Origin: Octopus vulgaris
Taxonomy: Eukaryota
Length of the DNA: 64,000 bases
Assembly: GCA_951406725.2 (NCBI GenBank)
Contig: OX597830.1
Coordinates: 77,500,001-77,564,000, forward strand
Direction of reading: 5' to 3'
A model generated the notes under the pieces. That model had not been told where the DNA came from, made no database searches, and saw only the letters and a list, made by a program, of their open reading frames with translations. Below, one piece after another: positions 29,613 through 46,980 of this stretch (positions are counted from its first letter, which is position 1; each line of letters opens with the position of its first letter). The position numbers were made by a program, and so were the translations under genes.

Positions 29613-30438
29613 AGAGAGAGAGAGAGAGAGAGAGGGGAGAGAGAGAATGGGAGAGAGAGAGAGGGGGAGAGAGAGCAATAAGAAAATAGAGGGATCAATA
29701 GGTGGTTTATCAACTTTTAGACATTATGTTATGTTAACTTATTTATTCATTTAATTCCTTAATATATGTGTGTCTTTAGGTGAGATAGGTATGTCCTTCA
29801 GTGACGAGTCCATCTTTACCAACTCCATTTTTCCAGCAGTATTCATTTTGAGGGACCACTATACCATACTCAAATGCACTCACTCTCATAAGCAATGTTA
29901 TAAACAATGCAGAGATAGTTTATACACAGACATGTAGTAGTAATAGATAGTCCTCATTTACTTATTATTTAACTCCAAGAAAGTTAGAGGTTGTGAATCC
30001 AACCATCTAAGGGATAATATCTATCCAATATACTGCTGGTAGAATACCCTATTATTATATATTGCCCGACTAAAGGCAGGGCTCCATCATGGCTGCAGTC
30101 AAATGGTTGAAAAAAATAAATAAATATAAATAAATAAAATATATAAAAAATAATATATATTTAATATTTTTGACGTATCTAATATCTTTCTCCGCATAAT
30201 TGCCTCTCTCTATGCATATATATATATATATATATATGTACAGGCGCGCGCGTATGTATGCCTGTCTGCATATGTATGTGTGAAATTCGGTATGTAGGAA
30301 AATATTAGTAGAAGAGACTTGCCCAAGGTGTCACAACCAGGTGGGACTGAACCCTAAACCATGTGTTTTCAAATGCATCCTCTTAACCACACAGCCAGGC
30401 CTACCCCTGTATATACGTACATGTGTGCGTGTGAGTTT

Positions 30439-30529
<91 letters not shown>

Positions 30530-30896
30530 GAAGGACAATAACAGCAAATAAATACGATACTGAATGTAACAAAACACAATACAGTTACTGCTTTTCTCCC
30601 TCAACAATTGGACTTCGATGGCTGAAGCTAACCACACACAATATACAATACACAGCCAGCCGTCCACTCTAACAGCTAATAACCCGTAATTTGTCTTAAT
30701 TCCTCTATCTATTTCTTTCTTTCCGTTTCTTTTTTTTTTATGTTTGTGTGTGTAAGGTGGCTGCCTGGCTGCTGGCGGTGGTGGTAGTAGTGGTGGTTTT
30801 AGCGATGGTGGTTCTCATGTTCTGTCCAGTGCTATTAAAAAAGACATCAGTCAATGCTTTATAATAAGCTCTAGTAGAACTGATTGAGAGGAAAGA

Positions 30897-30942
<46 letters not shown>

Positions 30943-31224
30943 GAGTGACAATAGAGGCGACGATATCTTTTATTTATTGTATGCATACGTATGTATATAT
31001 GTATATGTGTGTGTGTGTATGCATATGTGTGCGTGTGTCTGTGTGTGTTTTTATGTAAGCATATCTACAAACTCACATACTCATATATATACATATATAT
31101 ATACGTATCTTTAGATATGTATATATATATATTCATACACACACTCACACATTCACAGACAAAAGCAAAACCATTCACACACATATATATACGAGTATAT
31201 GTGTATATACTCGTATATCTCTAC

Positions 31225-31281
<57 letters not shown>

Positions 31282-32538
31282 GAGAGAGAGAGAGATGTAC
31301 AGAAGCATATATAATCACGAAATCGCATACACATATACACACAAACGCGCAAATTCACACTCGCACACACGCACATACACATACACGCACACGCACACAC
31401 ACACAACACAGACACATATACAAACACCAACCCACAAACAAAAGACCATCTCGGCCGCGCTTTTGATTGAAAAGATAAGAAAAATTTTGTCCCGCACCAA
31501 AACAAATCTTTTCTCCTTTCCCTCTTGTGTCTGTAAGGGAAATTCCAGGTTAAAATGGTAATCCGAAGAATAGGAATAAGAATAAGAAAAAGGCATAAGA
31601 GGGTTCGAATATAATAGATAGATCAGATCTTTTTCTCATTTGTATGATGAAGGACGTGTGGAAATCTGGAAAGATCAGAGTAATTGGTCTGTTTTGGTTT
31701 CGTTTACGTCCACTCATCTTCTGCTAAATCCCCTCATGGTGAATACAAAAGGAAAGAATGGAATATTATAAGAAGAAGGGGGATTAATGAAAAAGGGAAA
31801 GAAAAAGTGAACAAAAAAATTAAGAAAATGGTGAGAAAAGACTAAATTTAATTATAAACTGGACAAATGGAAAGCGTTGTAACCAGCTAATGTATGTATT
31901 GTATGTGAGTGAGTGTGTATGTGTGTATGAGTGTGTGTGTGTGTATGTGTGTGCATGTGTACATATATGCATATATGTGTGTGTATATATATATTTACAC
32001 ATACGAGTAAAATTATGTGTATATATATATATGTATGCGTTTATATATATATGTATATATATATCGTGTGTGTATGTGTGTGAGAGTGTGTGTGTGTGTG
32101 AGTGTGTGAGTGTGTGTGTGTGCTTGTGTGTGTGTTTTTGTCTATCTCTAATATTAATAATTTCTTCAGTTGTTATAAGATCACAAAATGTAGTTTATTT
32201 CACTGTTCAATACTTATTGAACAGATTTTAATCAAAAGCATTCCAGCCATGACCATCTCATCGTTTTCCCATATCTAGTAATACCTTATCCAATGCATAC
32301 CTCTGTTTCCAAGAGGATAAGGTTGAACAAGGGTGCTATTTCTAGCAAGTACAGGGTTTCCGTTCGCTTGAGTATTGCAACATTGTATGTGATTAACTTA
32401 CAACCCATAAATGACTGATATATATTTTCACCAATCTTGAGGACAAAATGGGTTGAAAAAATTCAGTTCGTATGGGACTAGATACAGCAATGCATTTTAC
32501 ATCTCTGGTTTAACACTTCGGTCTTTCCCACCGCGATT

Positions 32539-32898
32539 GGAAGCACTCCGTCGGTTACGACGACGAGGGTTCCGGTTGATCCGAATCAACGGAACAGCCT
32601 GCTCGTGAAATTAATGTGTAAGTGGCTGAGCACTCCACAGACACGTGTACCCTTAACGTAGTTCTCGGGGATATTCAGCGTGACACAGAGAGTGACAAGG
32701 CCAGCACCTTGAAATACAGGTACAACAGAAACAGGAAGTAAGAGTGAGAGAAAGTTGTGGTGAAAGAGTACAGCAGGGATCACCACCATCCCCTGCCGGA
32801 GCCTCAATAGACACTCACAACGCCCGGTCTGGGAATCGAAACCGCGATCCTATGACCGCGAGTCCGCTGCCCTAACTACTGGGCCATTGCGCCTCCAC
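32539..32898 (-). mobile_element. SINE family D with 13-bp TSD and small internal deletion
   Basis: TSD TCCCACCGCGATT at 32526-38 and 32899-911. Confidence 0.93.
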
Positions 32899-33042
32899 TC
32901 CCACCGCGATTATAAATACACATACCAGCAATTCAAATATATGAAATACATAAATGTACATCTAAACGTGAGATATATATATATATACAAAATCGACTTC
33001 ATGTTATAGATCATGATAGTTTTAAAAGTAAAATTATATATA

Positions 33043-34035
33043 CAGGAGTTGGACAAAATAATGGAAACAACTTAAAATTTCAACAAATTTACTTTAATAT
33101 GGTGTAGGACCGCCTTTGGCAGTAATTACACCTTGAATTCTGCGAGGTATGGACTCGTACATTTTTATAAAATACACCATAAATGTTCAATAATATTGAA
33201 ATCTGGGGACTGTGGTGGCCAGATATGATGTTCAACTTCACTAGAATGTTCTTCGTGCCATTCAGTAACAACTTTAGCTGTGAGAATTGGTGCATTATCA
33301 TCCTGAAAGACTGCGCTTCCCTCCCGAAACAGTTCCGCAACTATAGGATGAATTTGATCAGATAAAATGCTTAAATTGTCTTGACTATTAATTCTGCCAT
33401 GAAGGGAAACCATTGGGCCGGCAGATTTCCAGGACATAGCCCCCCCTCCCCGGATCATCACAATCCTCCTCCATGTTTAACAGCTGGAAGAAGGTAGTCT
33501 GGGTCAAATGCTTCTTTTGGCTGTCTCCACACGTATACTCGGCCGGCGGTCGGAAATAAGGTAAAGGGTGACTCGTCCGAAAAAATAACAATCTTCCACT
33601 GCTCTAGGTACCAATTTAGTTGGTTTTTACTCCACTCTAAAGGCTTTGCAACATTTATTTTTGAAAGTAGTTGTTTTCTGATTGCAGCTCTCCCGTGAAA
33701 TGCGGCTTTGTGCAGCTCCCGGCGAACAGTTTTTGTGGAAACTGGGTTCTCGACGTGGTCATTAAGCGCTGCGTTAATTTTGGGAGCTGTACTTTTGTGA
33801 TCGTTTCTAACAATTCGCGTAAGAGTTCTACGGTCCCTATCTGAAAGTTTTGGTTTTCTTCCGGAGTTATGCTTCGACGAGGAGATTTTTCCGTCTTTCT
33901 TGAAGGTTGGCATTACATTCGAGACAGTACTTCCTGATACAACTAACATTTCGGCTGTTTTCGTTATGCTAGCGCCTGCCATACGAGCACCAACAATTTG
34001 ACCTCTTTGAAAGTCTGATAGATCTGTCATTTTAA
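33043..34035 (-). mobile_element. Tc1-like transposon relic (DD36E/DD37E spacing), right TIR present, left TIR not seen
   Basis: TA-CAGGAGTTGGACAAAATAATGGAAAC terminus; MTDLSDFQRGQIVGAR...SGRKPKL...FSDES...VKHGGG...FQDDNAP...WPPQSPDFNIIEHLW...YESIPRRIQGVITAKGGPTPY*; stop, frameshifts and an apparent deletion near 33160. Confidence 0.94.
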
Positions 34036-34262
34036 TAAATTTTAATTAAATGTTAAATTGCAAAACCCTTTGGATAGAAAAAGTTGAATACTGGCTCAAA
34101 ATATTTACCTGTTACTCTTAAATTTGCTACGAGATCTAATTTCGAGAAAAAGTTATTTCACGTTCTCTCGAAATTTATAAATTCTCATGGCATCAACACA
34201 CATACACACATATACATACCTACCTACGTATACATACATACATACATACATACATACATACA

Positions 34263-34294
<32 letters not shown>

Positions 34295-34317
34295 CATACA
34301 TACGTACATACAAACAC

Positions 34318-34360
<43 letters not shown>

Positions 34361-34414
34361 TGTAGAAAGTTTGTTTACATAAAAATATCTTATTGACGAG
34401 CTTCATTTCTTCAT

Positions 34415-34499
34415 TTCTCCGAAAAGAAGATTACATTGTTTAACACCATTTTATTCCTTTGGAATAATAGCAGAGATATCTTCGAAACACGTGTCGGAA
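34415..34499 (+). ncRNA. Degenerate type-I hammerhead-like motif
   Basis: TTCT-CCGAAAA-GAAGAT...ATCTTC-GAA-ACACGTGT-C-GGAA: stems I and II and a palindromic stem III are intact, core is mutated. Confidence 0.55.
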
Positions 34500-34690
34500 G
34501 TAAAATCATTTCAATAACACCTGCGTTTAACTCCATTTATTCAGTTATATATATTATATAAAATATTTCACGTAAACCGGAGTTTCTGCCTTTAAAAACA
34601 AGGAGTTACAACCTTTTTACTTGTGTGAGTTTTTGCTACCCCGGTAACTATTTATCTATCTTTTCCGTGTTAATTGTTAACAAAGGAAAT

Positions 34691-34746
<56 letters not shown>

Positions 34747-35596
34747 TATGCATTTATGTATGCATATATATATATATGAATATATATAATTATAATTATT
34801 ATTAATATAGATTATGAAGACTTGAAGATTCACAAAATTTATTTTATAATCTTATACACCGTACAATAATGGCCTACAGGTGTTTCTGCTTCGGTGACTA
34901 GTCACTGATGCAAATGCAACCTTGCATTATTGTCTGTGCAGCCGTAACAGGAGACATATGAAATGGCTGTATGTATGTATGTATGTATGTATATATATAT
35001 TTTTGTATGTATGTATATATGTGTATATGTTTGTGCGCGCGCACGTGCATGTGTGTACATGTATGTATGCATATATATATGAACTGATACAAATCACCTG
35101 CTTTTGGAAAACTTACCCACGAATTTCTTTAAAACCCATCTACTTCAACTTACAGATCATTGCAGTTCATTTATTTGACATAAAGCCATACAAGTACACG
35201 CGCACACATACAAACACACACATCCACGCAATCACACACACAAACACACACATACACACACACGTACACACACACACACCCACACAGCAAATAAGCAAAC
35301 AAACAGGGTAGCGTTTATAATGAATTACCTCCACCGAAAATAAACTTTTAAACTTGAAAAAGACAGTGAAAAGTGAACTCCCGACTGCCTTCTATCTCGT
35401 TTATTGGTCTATTATCATTTCCACTGATCCACAAAATAATGTAAAATTTATAACAATAGGTTACGATAGACATGAAAACGAGACAAAACCGTAAAAGTGA
35501 AACGTCAAAAGGACGGATGGGCAACAAAGTGACAAACGTGAAGGGGATAAAACGTTCGTAATATATTGGATTTTAAGAACTGGATATTGAAGAGGT

Positions 35597-35651
<55 letters not shown>

Positions 35652-35660
35652 GTAGATAGG

Positions 35661-35728
<68 letters not shown>

Positions 35729-35765
35729 CTGACAGATAAATAGCTAGACAGGCATACAGACAGAC

Positions 35766-35813
<48 letters not shown>

Positions 35814-36402
35814 TAACATATAGACAGACAAGCAGGAAGAAATACAAAAGGATTAAGAGAGAGACAAACAGATAGACAAACGAAGAAGCATGCAGACAGA
35901 TAAGTAGATTAGTATTGTTACTATAAGTATTGTTCTAGTACGGTTAATACTGACTCGTTATTTGTGGTTCATTCACTTGAAGTCTATTTTCTCCTATTCT
36001 CACCATTTCGCCATGCTCTCCTCCAACTCCTTACCCTTCTTCTAACTTCTTTCTCTTCTTCTAGCCCTTCAACATTTTCCCCTCTTTCCTTTTTCTTTAT
36101 GCTCTGCCTTATATACCGTCCCCTCTGTTCTTTTCCTTTGTTCTTCTTTATCTGCTTCTTTTAATTTTGTGCATGAAAATGAAATAAAAATTCATCATAC
36201 GTCAATTGAAACGAAGCTCTTCAATGTTGACACATTTTGAAGTGTGTTTAGGAGAAAGATTGCCGTGACAGTGGATCATGACAGGAAGAAGTGCGTAGGT
36301 GTTTATACGAATTTAATACATGCATACATACACACATACATACATACATACATACATACATACATACATACATACATACATACATACATACATACATACA
36401 CA

Positions 36403-36740
36403 TTGAGACCCCCTTCGGTCATGACTGACCATGGGATTGTACCTAGAAAGTTACTCTCCCCGGCACAAGTCCGGGCAAGGCTGTTTGTGGAAGACCAGCA
36501 GTCGCCCGTACATACCGGCCTCCCCTCTCCACAGCACTGATGTTATCCAAGGGAAAGGCAAAGGCCGATACAGCTTGGCACCTGTGACGTCGCAACTCAT
36601 TTCTACAGCTGAGTGAACTGGAGCAACGTGAAATAAAGTGTCTTGCTCAAGAACACAACACACAGCCCGGTCCGGGATTCAAATTCACAACCTCGTGATC
36701 GTAAACTCGACGCTCTAGCCACTGAGTCATGCGCCTTCAC
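36403..36740 (-). mobile_element. tRNA-derived SINE, family C, inserted in (TACA)n
   Basis: Minus-strand head GAAGGCGCATGACTCAGTGG...TTGAATCC; CORE-like GTGTTCTTGAGCAAGACACTTTATTTCACGTTGCTCCAG. Confidence 0.88.
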
Positions 36741-37344
36741 ATACATACATACATACATACATAACTATACATACATACATAACTATTAACTGTGATATGT
36801 GACACACTGCCTAAGTAGCAATCTTGAGAAATTGGCCTTCCTAAAACCAGAAAAGAGAAAGCTGAATCGAAGTTTACAGATCCAAACCATCACTGGAAGT
36901 GTGAAAAATTGTAGAACTTTCCAAAAGTTTACCATTTAATTACATATGCACGTGTCTAGACATGCAACTATATGCATGAGAATACATATATAAAAAAACA
37001 CACAAATCTGCATACGCACTGACTCCAAATACTGCACATGTACACACATACATTAATAATAATTTGTTGATGATGTTGAAGTTCCAACGAAAGAGCATTG
37101 GACCGAGTCTTTCTCTATTGGCAATAAATCTTGAAATAAAACTGAATAATTATATACACATCTATATTTACATTTACGTATATAAGTAAACGTACGGATA
37201 AACAAATAAGACAGATCCATATATAAAATATATTAAATACATGAAATACAAAAAAATGTATATATGTATACATATGAAAATGTCCGACTCACACAGAATA
37301 CAAGTGAAATACTGAATTAAATGCGTGGAGAAGAGCATTACAAA

Positions 37345-37435
37345 TCCAACAGCTGTTTCTAGGGGGTCCCCGGTCCGTAACAATGATTGTAGACAGATTC
37401 CATAATACAATGAGACGAGCTTCCGTCTTCAAGGT
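37345..37435 (-). ncRNA. Degenerate hammerhead-like motif with long stem II region
   Basis: Minus strand CC-TTGAAGA...GAA-ACAGCTGT-T-GG. Confidence 0.45.
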
Positions 37436-37480
37436 AGAGATCTTACATTTGAGATGTTAAGGGAGGGAAGTTTGATGATG

Positions 37481-37516
<36 letters not shown>

Positions 37517-37672
37517 TCGTACGTGTATTTGTGTGTGTTTATCGCATCTATCTCTAACACTACTAGTATTACTTCTGTTTTTTCTCTATATGCATGTACG
37601 TGAGTGTTAGATGCATATGCTGAATAAAGACATATACATATACATACATATTGTGTATATATATATATATAT

Positions 37673-37722
<50 letters not shown>

Positions 37723-37797
37723 ATACATATATACATATGTTTATATATATAAATATATTCATACATACATACATACATACATACATACATACATACA

Positions 37798-37833
<36 letters not shown>

Positions 37834-38124
37834 TATATGCGTGTGTGTGTGTGTGTTTATTCAGCATATATCTTACATATATGACTATACGTATATACAT
37901 ATAACTTAGCGGTTCGGCAAAAAAGATCGATAGAATAAATATAAGGCTTAAAACATGATAAGTCTAAGTCCCAGGGCAGAATTGTTCGACGAAAGACTTT
38001 TATGGTGGTGCTCCAGCAAGGCCGCAGTCAAATGACTGAAACAAGTAAAAGAACATGCATACAAAAATAGGTAAAGACACACACACACACACATATATAT
38101 GTATATATATATGTAGCCACTACA

Positions 38125-38433
<309 letters not shown>

Positions 38434-38434
38434 G

Positions 38435-38472
<38 letters not shown>

Positions 38473-38659
38473 TAATAATAAATATATATAATGAACGTGA
38501 AATACAGGAAGGAACGAACACGGAACACAGACAAATCATTCGAAGCCTTCAATCTTAGTACTGAATATCATAGCAAATTTCGGCTGTTCAATGATATATA
38601 TATATATATATAAATATGAAAACAGTAATATAAACAAAATATATATAACGGTGGTTGTC

Positions 38660-38750
<91 letters not shown>

Positions 38751-39159
38751 TATTACATACTCACACACAGACACACTTTCATACATTTATTCATGCCAAA
38801 ATACATTCATACTCACTACCTGTGCCCTCTTGCACCCTGAAATAATCCTAATCCTGTACATATCAAGAAAACCTGTACAGCGCTACCTCCATTTCACTTT
38901 TATTCTAGTTCCCAATTGTGGATGCAGCTCATATAATAACGTTGTATATTGCTCTGGTTTAATTGGATGATATACATACATAAGTGTGTATATATATATA
39001 TATATATACCTATGCATATATTCATATACATACACACACGCGCACACTCATTTATGTATGCATACACAAATATACGTATGCAGATATATATGCATACAAA
39101 TATTTAAAAACTTTTACATATTTATTTATGTATACGCATATACATATGTATATATGTAT

Positions 39160-39211
<52 letters not shown>

Positions 39212-39931
39212 CAAAATAGGACAAGAACGGACATGCATATATTTATATATATATTCATATGCGTATACAAACATACATGCTAACACAGACATACACACAT
39301 ATATATACATGCACATACATGCACATATGTGTTTGTGTGTGTGTAGTAACAAATACGTAGAGAATTTGAAAGCGTGAAAGTTTGAGTGAAAGATAGAGAC
39401 AGGAAGCAGGAAAGGAAGGAAGGAAGGAAGAAAGAAAGAAAGAAAGAAAGGAAAGAAGAAAGAAAATCTTACTGAGAGCGAGAGGGAGAGAGAAAAAGAC
39501 AAGTCATTATCAAAGTGAAGTGAATAGAAACGTAGAGAAGGGTGGGGGTATTTCGAGGTGTTGTAGTATTAGGTAGACTTTAGAGAGGGTAGCAAGGAAT
39601 AAAGAAACCACAAAATATCACAGACGACACGTTAAACTGTTAAAGGGTTTCTTTTCCGTTGACTTTCGTGAAAAATCGGAAATTCATAATTTTTTAAAGA
39701 AACATCACAGAATAATACAGACGCATAGAACCTATGTGTGTGTGCGCGCATGTCAGTGTGTGTGCGCGCATGTCAGTGTGTGTGTGTGTGTGCGTATGCG
39801 AGTGTGTGTGTGTATGCATGTGTTTGCGTATGTGATTGTGTGTGTGTGTATGCACACATGAATTCATTTACAAAATATACACGCATATATATATGTATAT
39901 ATATGTGTGTGTGTATATATATGTGTGTATG

Positions 39932-39993
<62 letters not shown>

Positions 39994-40256
39994 TATATAG
40001 GCCTACTCTCAGACATACGCGCGCTCACGCATACACACACATAAGTACATAAATACACACACACATATCATTTCTCTTCTTGTTCTGCTATAATCAAGTT
40101 TTATGGCTCTTCAGTTCGTCTGCAACAGATTTTCATTACAAGAGTATAATTGTGTAAGAGTGCAAGAGTACTGAGTAACTCGTCAAACTGGACGACGACG
40201 ACGTTGAAGAACCAAGAGACGAACGGAATCAGAAGATATCAAAGAAACTATGAAAG

Positions 40257-40354
<98 letters not shown>

Positions 40355-40380
40355 GAAAGCTTTATCTTAATGTATATTTA

Positions 40381-40418
<38 letters not shown>

Positions 40419-40500
40419 GGTCCCGGGTTGAGTCGGAGTTAACCACAGTAAATAAGGTACTCAATGCATAGCAGAGTAAAGTAATTTATTTTATAGAAGG

Positions 40501-40551
40501 AGCTTCTACAGGATTAGAACTGTTTCATTCAGATGAAATCTTCAGGAAGCT
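40501..40551 (-). ncRNA. Type-I hammerhead ribozyme candidate with canonical core
   Basis: Minus strand AGCTTC-CTGAAGA-TTTCATCTGAAT-GAA-ACAG-TTCTAATC-CTGT-A-GAAGCT; within a ~170-bp (TA)n-flanked unit (40418-40586). Confidence 0.72.
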
Positions 40552-40842
40552 GGCTGTCAAAATAAGTTCTGGTATTTATGCATTTATATATATATATATA
40601 TACATATTTTGATACATAATTTGAAATGCATATGCGCATAAAAGCCCACGAATACTCATACATACACTCATATATCTTATATATTTTTATCTCTCTGTCT
40701 ATCAGTCTATCTCTCTGCCTATACAACTAGCTAACAATCTCTCCATTTATATAGCTATCTTGCTAACAATCGACCTATCTATGTACCTATTTTTCTTTCT
40801 TCTACCTATGTATCCAATCTCTCTCTCTTTCTTTATATACAT

Positions 40843-40881
<39 letters not shown>

Positions 40882-40947
40882 AGAATTTTTTGCGTAATGA
40901 GATAAAAAAAACCAAGGCTGTGTAGATATTAGAACACTTACAGATAG

Positions 40948-40999
40948 GTCTTACAGCTGTTTCCAGGATATTTATTAGTTATATCCCTTCATCGGAGAC
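40948..40999 (-). ncRNA. Hammerhead-like motif with U4C core variant and palindromic stem III
   Basis: Minus strand GTCT-CCGATGA-AGGGATAT-AACTAATAA-ATATCCTG-GAA-ACAGCTGT-A-AGAC. Confidence 0.65.
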
Positions 41000-41231
41000 G
41001 GTGTGAGAGAATGGTTAAATCATAGTTTAGTTTAGATGTAATACAAACTAGAGAGTGAGATGGAGGAAAGAAAATAGATGCAAGATATGTAGGGATATTG
41101 AAGTTGTAGATCCATTTTTTAGGCAGAATGGTATATATGTAATATTCCAATACCCTATGAGTAAAGTCCAAAATTCCAACTGAGTTTAAAATAGGTCCTT
41201 CCAAATATAGAGTTTATATATATATATATAA

Positions 41232-41656
<425 letters not shown>

Positions 41657-42222
41657 TAAGGTCAGCGAGAAACCTAAAAGACGCTTTCTTGGCACTGCAT
41701 GATTACAGTGAAGACAAATTTATGCAGAGCTGAGAAAAAATTATTTATGAAACCCGAAAAGTATCTGTCCTAATTCAAAACTGAAAATGCACAGGAAATG
41801 AATACTTGAACGAAAATATATCGTGATGTTGGGCAGAGCCACATTTTAGATCAAATGCTCTAAGTATGGTACCTTGGTACTCGTATAGAGTAGAAACAAA
41901 CGTGACGAGTCTGTCCTTTCAACTTTCTATCGTTATCATTCTGGCTATTTTCCAGTCTCCATAGTCCATAGTTTTCTCTTTTAAATCCTCTCTTTCTTCC
42001 ATTCTGTTTCTCCGGATTTTGTTTTTCTTCCTCTGTTTTTATTTTCCATTCACATAAGTACCAGCAACTTCATTTCAGCAAAGGGAGATAAATCCCCAAA
42101 TGAAAATTTCTGTTTGCCATCTCCCGTTTCACTGACATACAACCAATTCACCAATCACTTTAACAGCTTCCGCTTTATCTGTTGCAAGCGCACACAATAC
42201 TCACACACGCATGTATATACGT

Positions 42223-42284
<62 letters not shown>

Positions 42285-42716
42285 CTATATATGTTTAAAT
42301 ATTTCTGATTATATTTTAGATATTTCAATTAACCTGAAGATTGACTGTAACCATAACTCGAATTATTACGAATTGTACAGCCATGAAACGATCGTAGTGT
42401 TTTACTCTTTATCTTTTATTAAACTTTTAATCCTTTTGATATATATTTAAAATAATATAAATTAATTAATGTATTGGCTTATGTTTTTCATTGTTTGATT
42501 TGCCTAATAGTGGTTTTATCTCTAATTTAATATAATATATATATGTATATTTATATATATATATATACATATATGTATACTTATGTATACATACATGCAC
42601 ATACAAACATATCTAGAGAAACATACACAAATATACAGGTGCGTACAGATGCAGACACAAATACTCTCGTTCACTGAGTTGATGAACTTTAGCATTTTCT
42701 TTCTTGACTTTTTTCC

Positions 42717-42783
<67 letters not shown>

Positions 42784-42799
42784 CGTGTGTGTGTATGCG

Positions 42800-43010
42800 T
42801 GTGTACGTTTGTGTGTCTGTGTTTCTTCCCCCGCCATCGCTTAACAAAAGATGCTAGTGTGCTTATGTTCCCGTAACTTAGTGGTTTAGGCATAAGAGAC
42901 CGATAGAATAATTACTAGGCATATAAAGATGTGTTCGATTAAAACCCTTCAATCCAGCGCTCCAGCATGGCCGCAGTCAAATAACTGAAGCAAATAAAAT
43001 GATACAAGAA
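42800..43010 (+). mobile_element. SINE family A, 3' half
   Basis: GACCGATAGAATAA...GCTCCAGCATGGCCGCAGTCAAATAACTGAA. Confidence 0.8.
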
Positions 43011-43035
43011 TAAAGAACAAAATAATATATATCAA

Positions 43036-43071
<36 letters not shown>

Positions 43072-43075
43072 TATA

Positions 43076-43199
<124 letters not shown>

Positions 43200-43613
43200 G
43201 CTGTTTGTCTGCGAATGCGTCTATAAGTCTTCCGTTTCTCTGTTCCTCCCTTATACTTTATCCATTCTTTCAAGTCCCCGACAGCATATTATTATGCAAT
43301 AAACTACCGTATTATATTGGCAGGTGATAGAAAACATAAACGCAAAACGAAAATAGACAAAACAATAACACGAAACTATAACAAGATCAACGCCAACATG
43401 AAATAGAAGGAAACTTCAGGTTTATAAACATATCAAATTTCAAATAAGCTTGTTACAGCAGATACCGAGAATGAATGAAGTTGTTGCTGTGCTGCTGCTT
43501 GTGTGTTGTTGTTGTTGTTGCTATCATCGCTTTTTGTTGTTTTCAGGTGGCGTAGTTGGGAAGGGATGAACAGGGGACGTCGTAAAATATCGATAATAAT
43601 AATAATAATAATG

Positions 43614-43677
<64 letters not shown>

Positions 43678-43712
43678 TGATGATGATGATGATGATGATG
43701 GTAATAATAATG

Positions 43713-43755
<43 letters not shown>

Positions 43756-43793
43756 TAATAGTAATAAAAATAATAATAATAATGATAATAATA

Positions 43794-43830
<37 letters not shown>

Positions 43831-43921
43831 TAATGATAATAATAATAATAATAATAATATTATAAATAATTATAGTAATAATAATAATAGTAATAATAAT
43901 AAAAAAATAATGATAATAATG

Positions 43922-45667
<1,746 letters not shown>

Positions 45668-46392
45668 GAAGAAGAAGAAGAAGAAGAAATGTCTGCGTTG
45701 TATTACATGCAGATATTTCACTACTGCCTCTGCCACTTGTCCTTCCCAAGCTTTACGTCATACTGTAGCATCTCTTATCCTTCACTCGCCCTAGGAGGCT
45801 GGGTGTGCTTCGGCAAGTGATTATAAGAAGCATGCAAATTCAAAGTAAATAACAACAATAATAATAACAATAATAACCATATTAAAGTTTGACACACGGC
45901 CAACACTTTTGGGGGTGTTGTGGAAGTTGATTACATCGATCCCTGCTGTTCACTGGTACTTTGTCACCCTGGAGAGTTGAACCCACTTTGTAAAGATTCG
46001 AAAGAATAATTCAGAGGGTTGTTTTTGCCCCTAACACTCTAATGTTTCTGCCAATCCACTTTCCTGATCATGGTTTCTGATTGAGGGACGATGCTAGCAG
46101 CTCTTCAAGACCACCTATCTGAATACTTGATTGGACGGTTATTTCATTTTATCTAACCCGAAAACATGAAAGGCAAAGCTGGCCTCGATGGAATTTGAAC
46201 GCAGAACCTAATTATTCGGTAAAACACCGAAAATTGTTCTACCCTTCTCTCTGATGACTCCGTCTGCTCACTGCTTTAGCAACACGAACAACAACAACAA
46301 TGACAGATTATATTAGTAGAAAGGGTTTATGGTGTTTGCGAATAAGAACAAATATATACACATACAGGAAAATAAGAAACAGTGAGAGATTT

Positions 46393-46785
46393 ATCTTTTC
46401 TACTCTAGACACAAGGTTCGAAATTTTGGGGGAGAGGGCCAGTCGATTAGATCGACCCAGTATGCAACTGGTACTTAATTTATCAACCTCGAAAGGATGA
46501 AAGGCAAAGTTGACCTCGGTGGAATTTGAACTCAGAACGTAACGACAGGCGAAATACCTATTTTTTACTACCCACAAGGTGCTCAACACAGAAAGGACAA
46601 ACAAGGACAGACAAACGGATTGAGCCGATTATATTAACCCCAGTGCGTAACTGGTACTTAATTTATCGACCCCGAAAGGATGAAAAGCAAAGTCGACTTC
46701 GGCAGAATTTGAACTCAGAACGTAACGGCAGACGAAATACGGCTACGCATTTCGCCCGGCGTGCTAACGTTTCTGCCAGCTCGCG
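46393..46785 (-). mobile_element. SINE family B, dimeric (head plus two body units)
   Basis: Two CGAAAGGATGAAA(G/A)GCAAAGT(T/C)GAC blocks; head GCGAGCTGGCAGAAACGTTAGCACGCCGGGCGAAATG on the minus strand. Confidence 0.9.
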
Positions 46786-46980
46786 CCCAGTGAACTTTTC
46801 AGCATCCCTTCGTATATCCTTCTAAAATAAATAGCAAAAATAGACTTGGGATGTCCTTAAACACACTTCAGCTTCTTACTCTTAGCAATGCTAGCATAAC
46901 AGCTAGCAGGAGAAAACGCAATGACACTTTCAAGTTTTATGTACTCAAAGATATATATGTATATACATGTGTTTTTGAAT

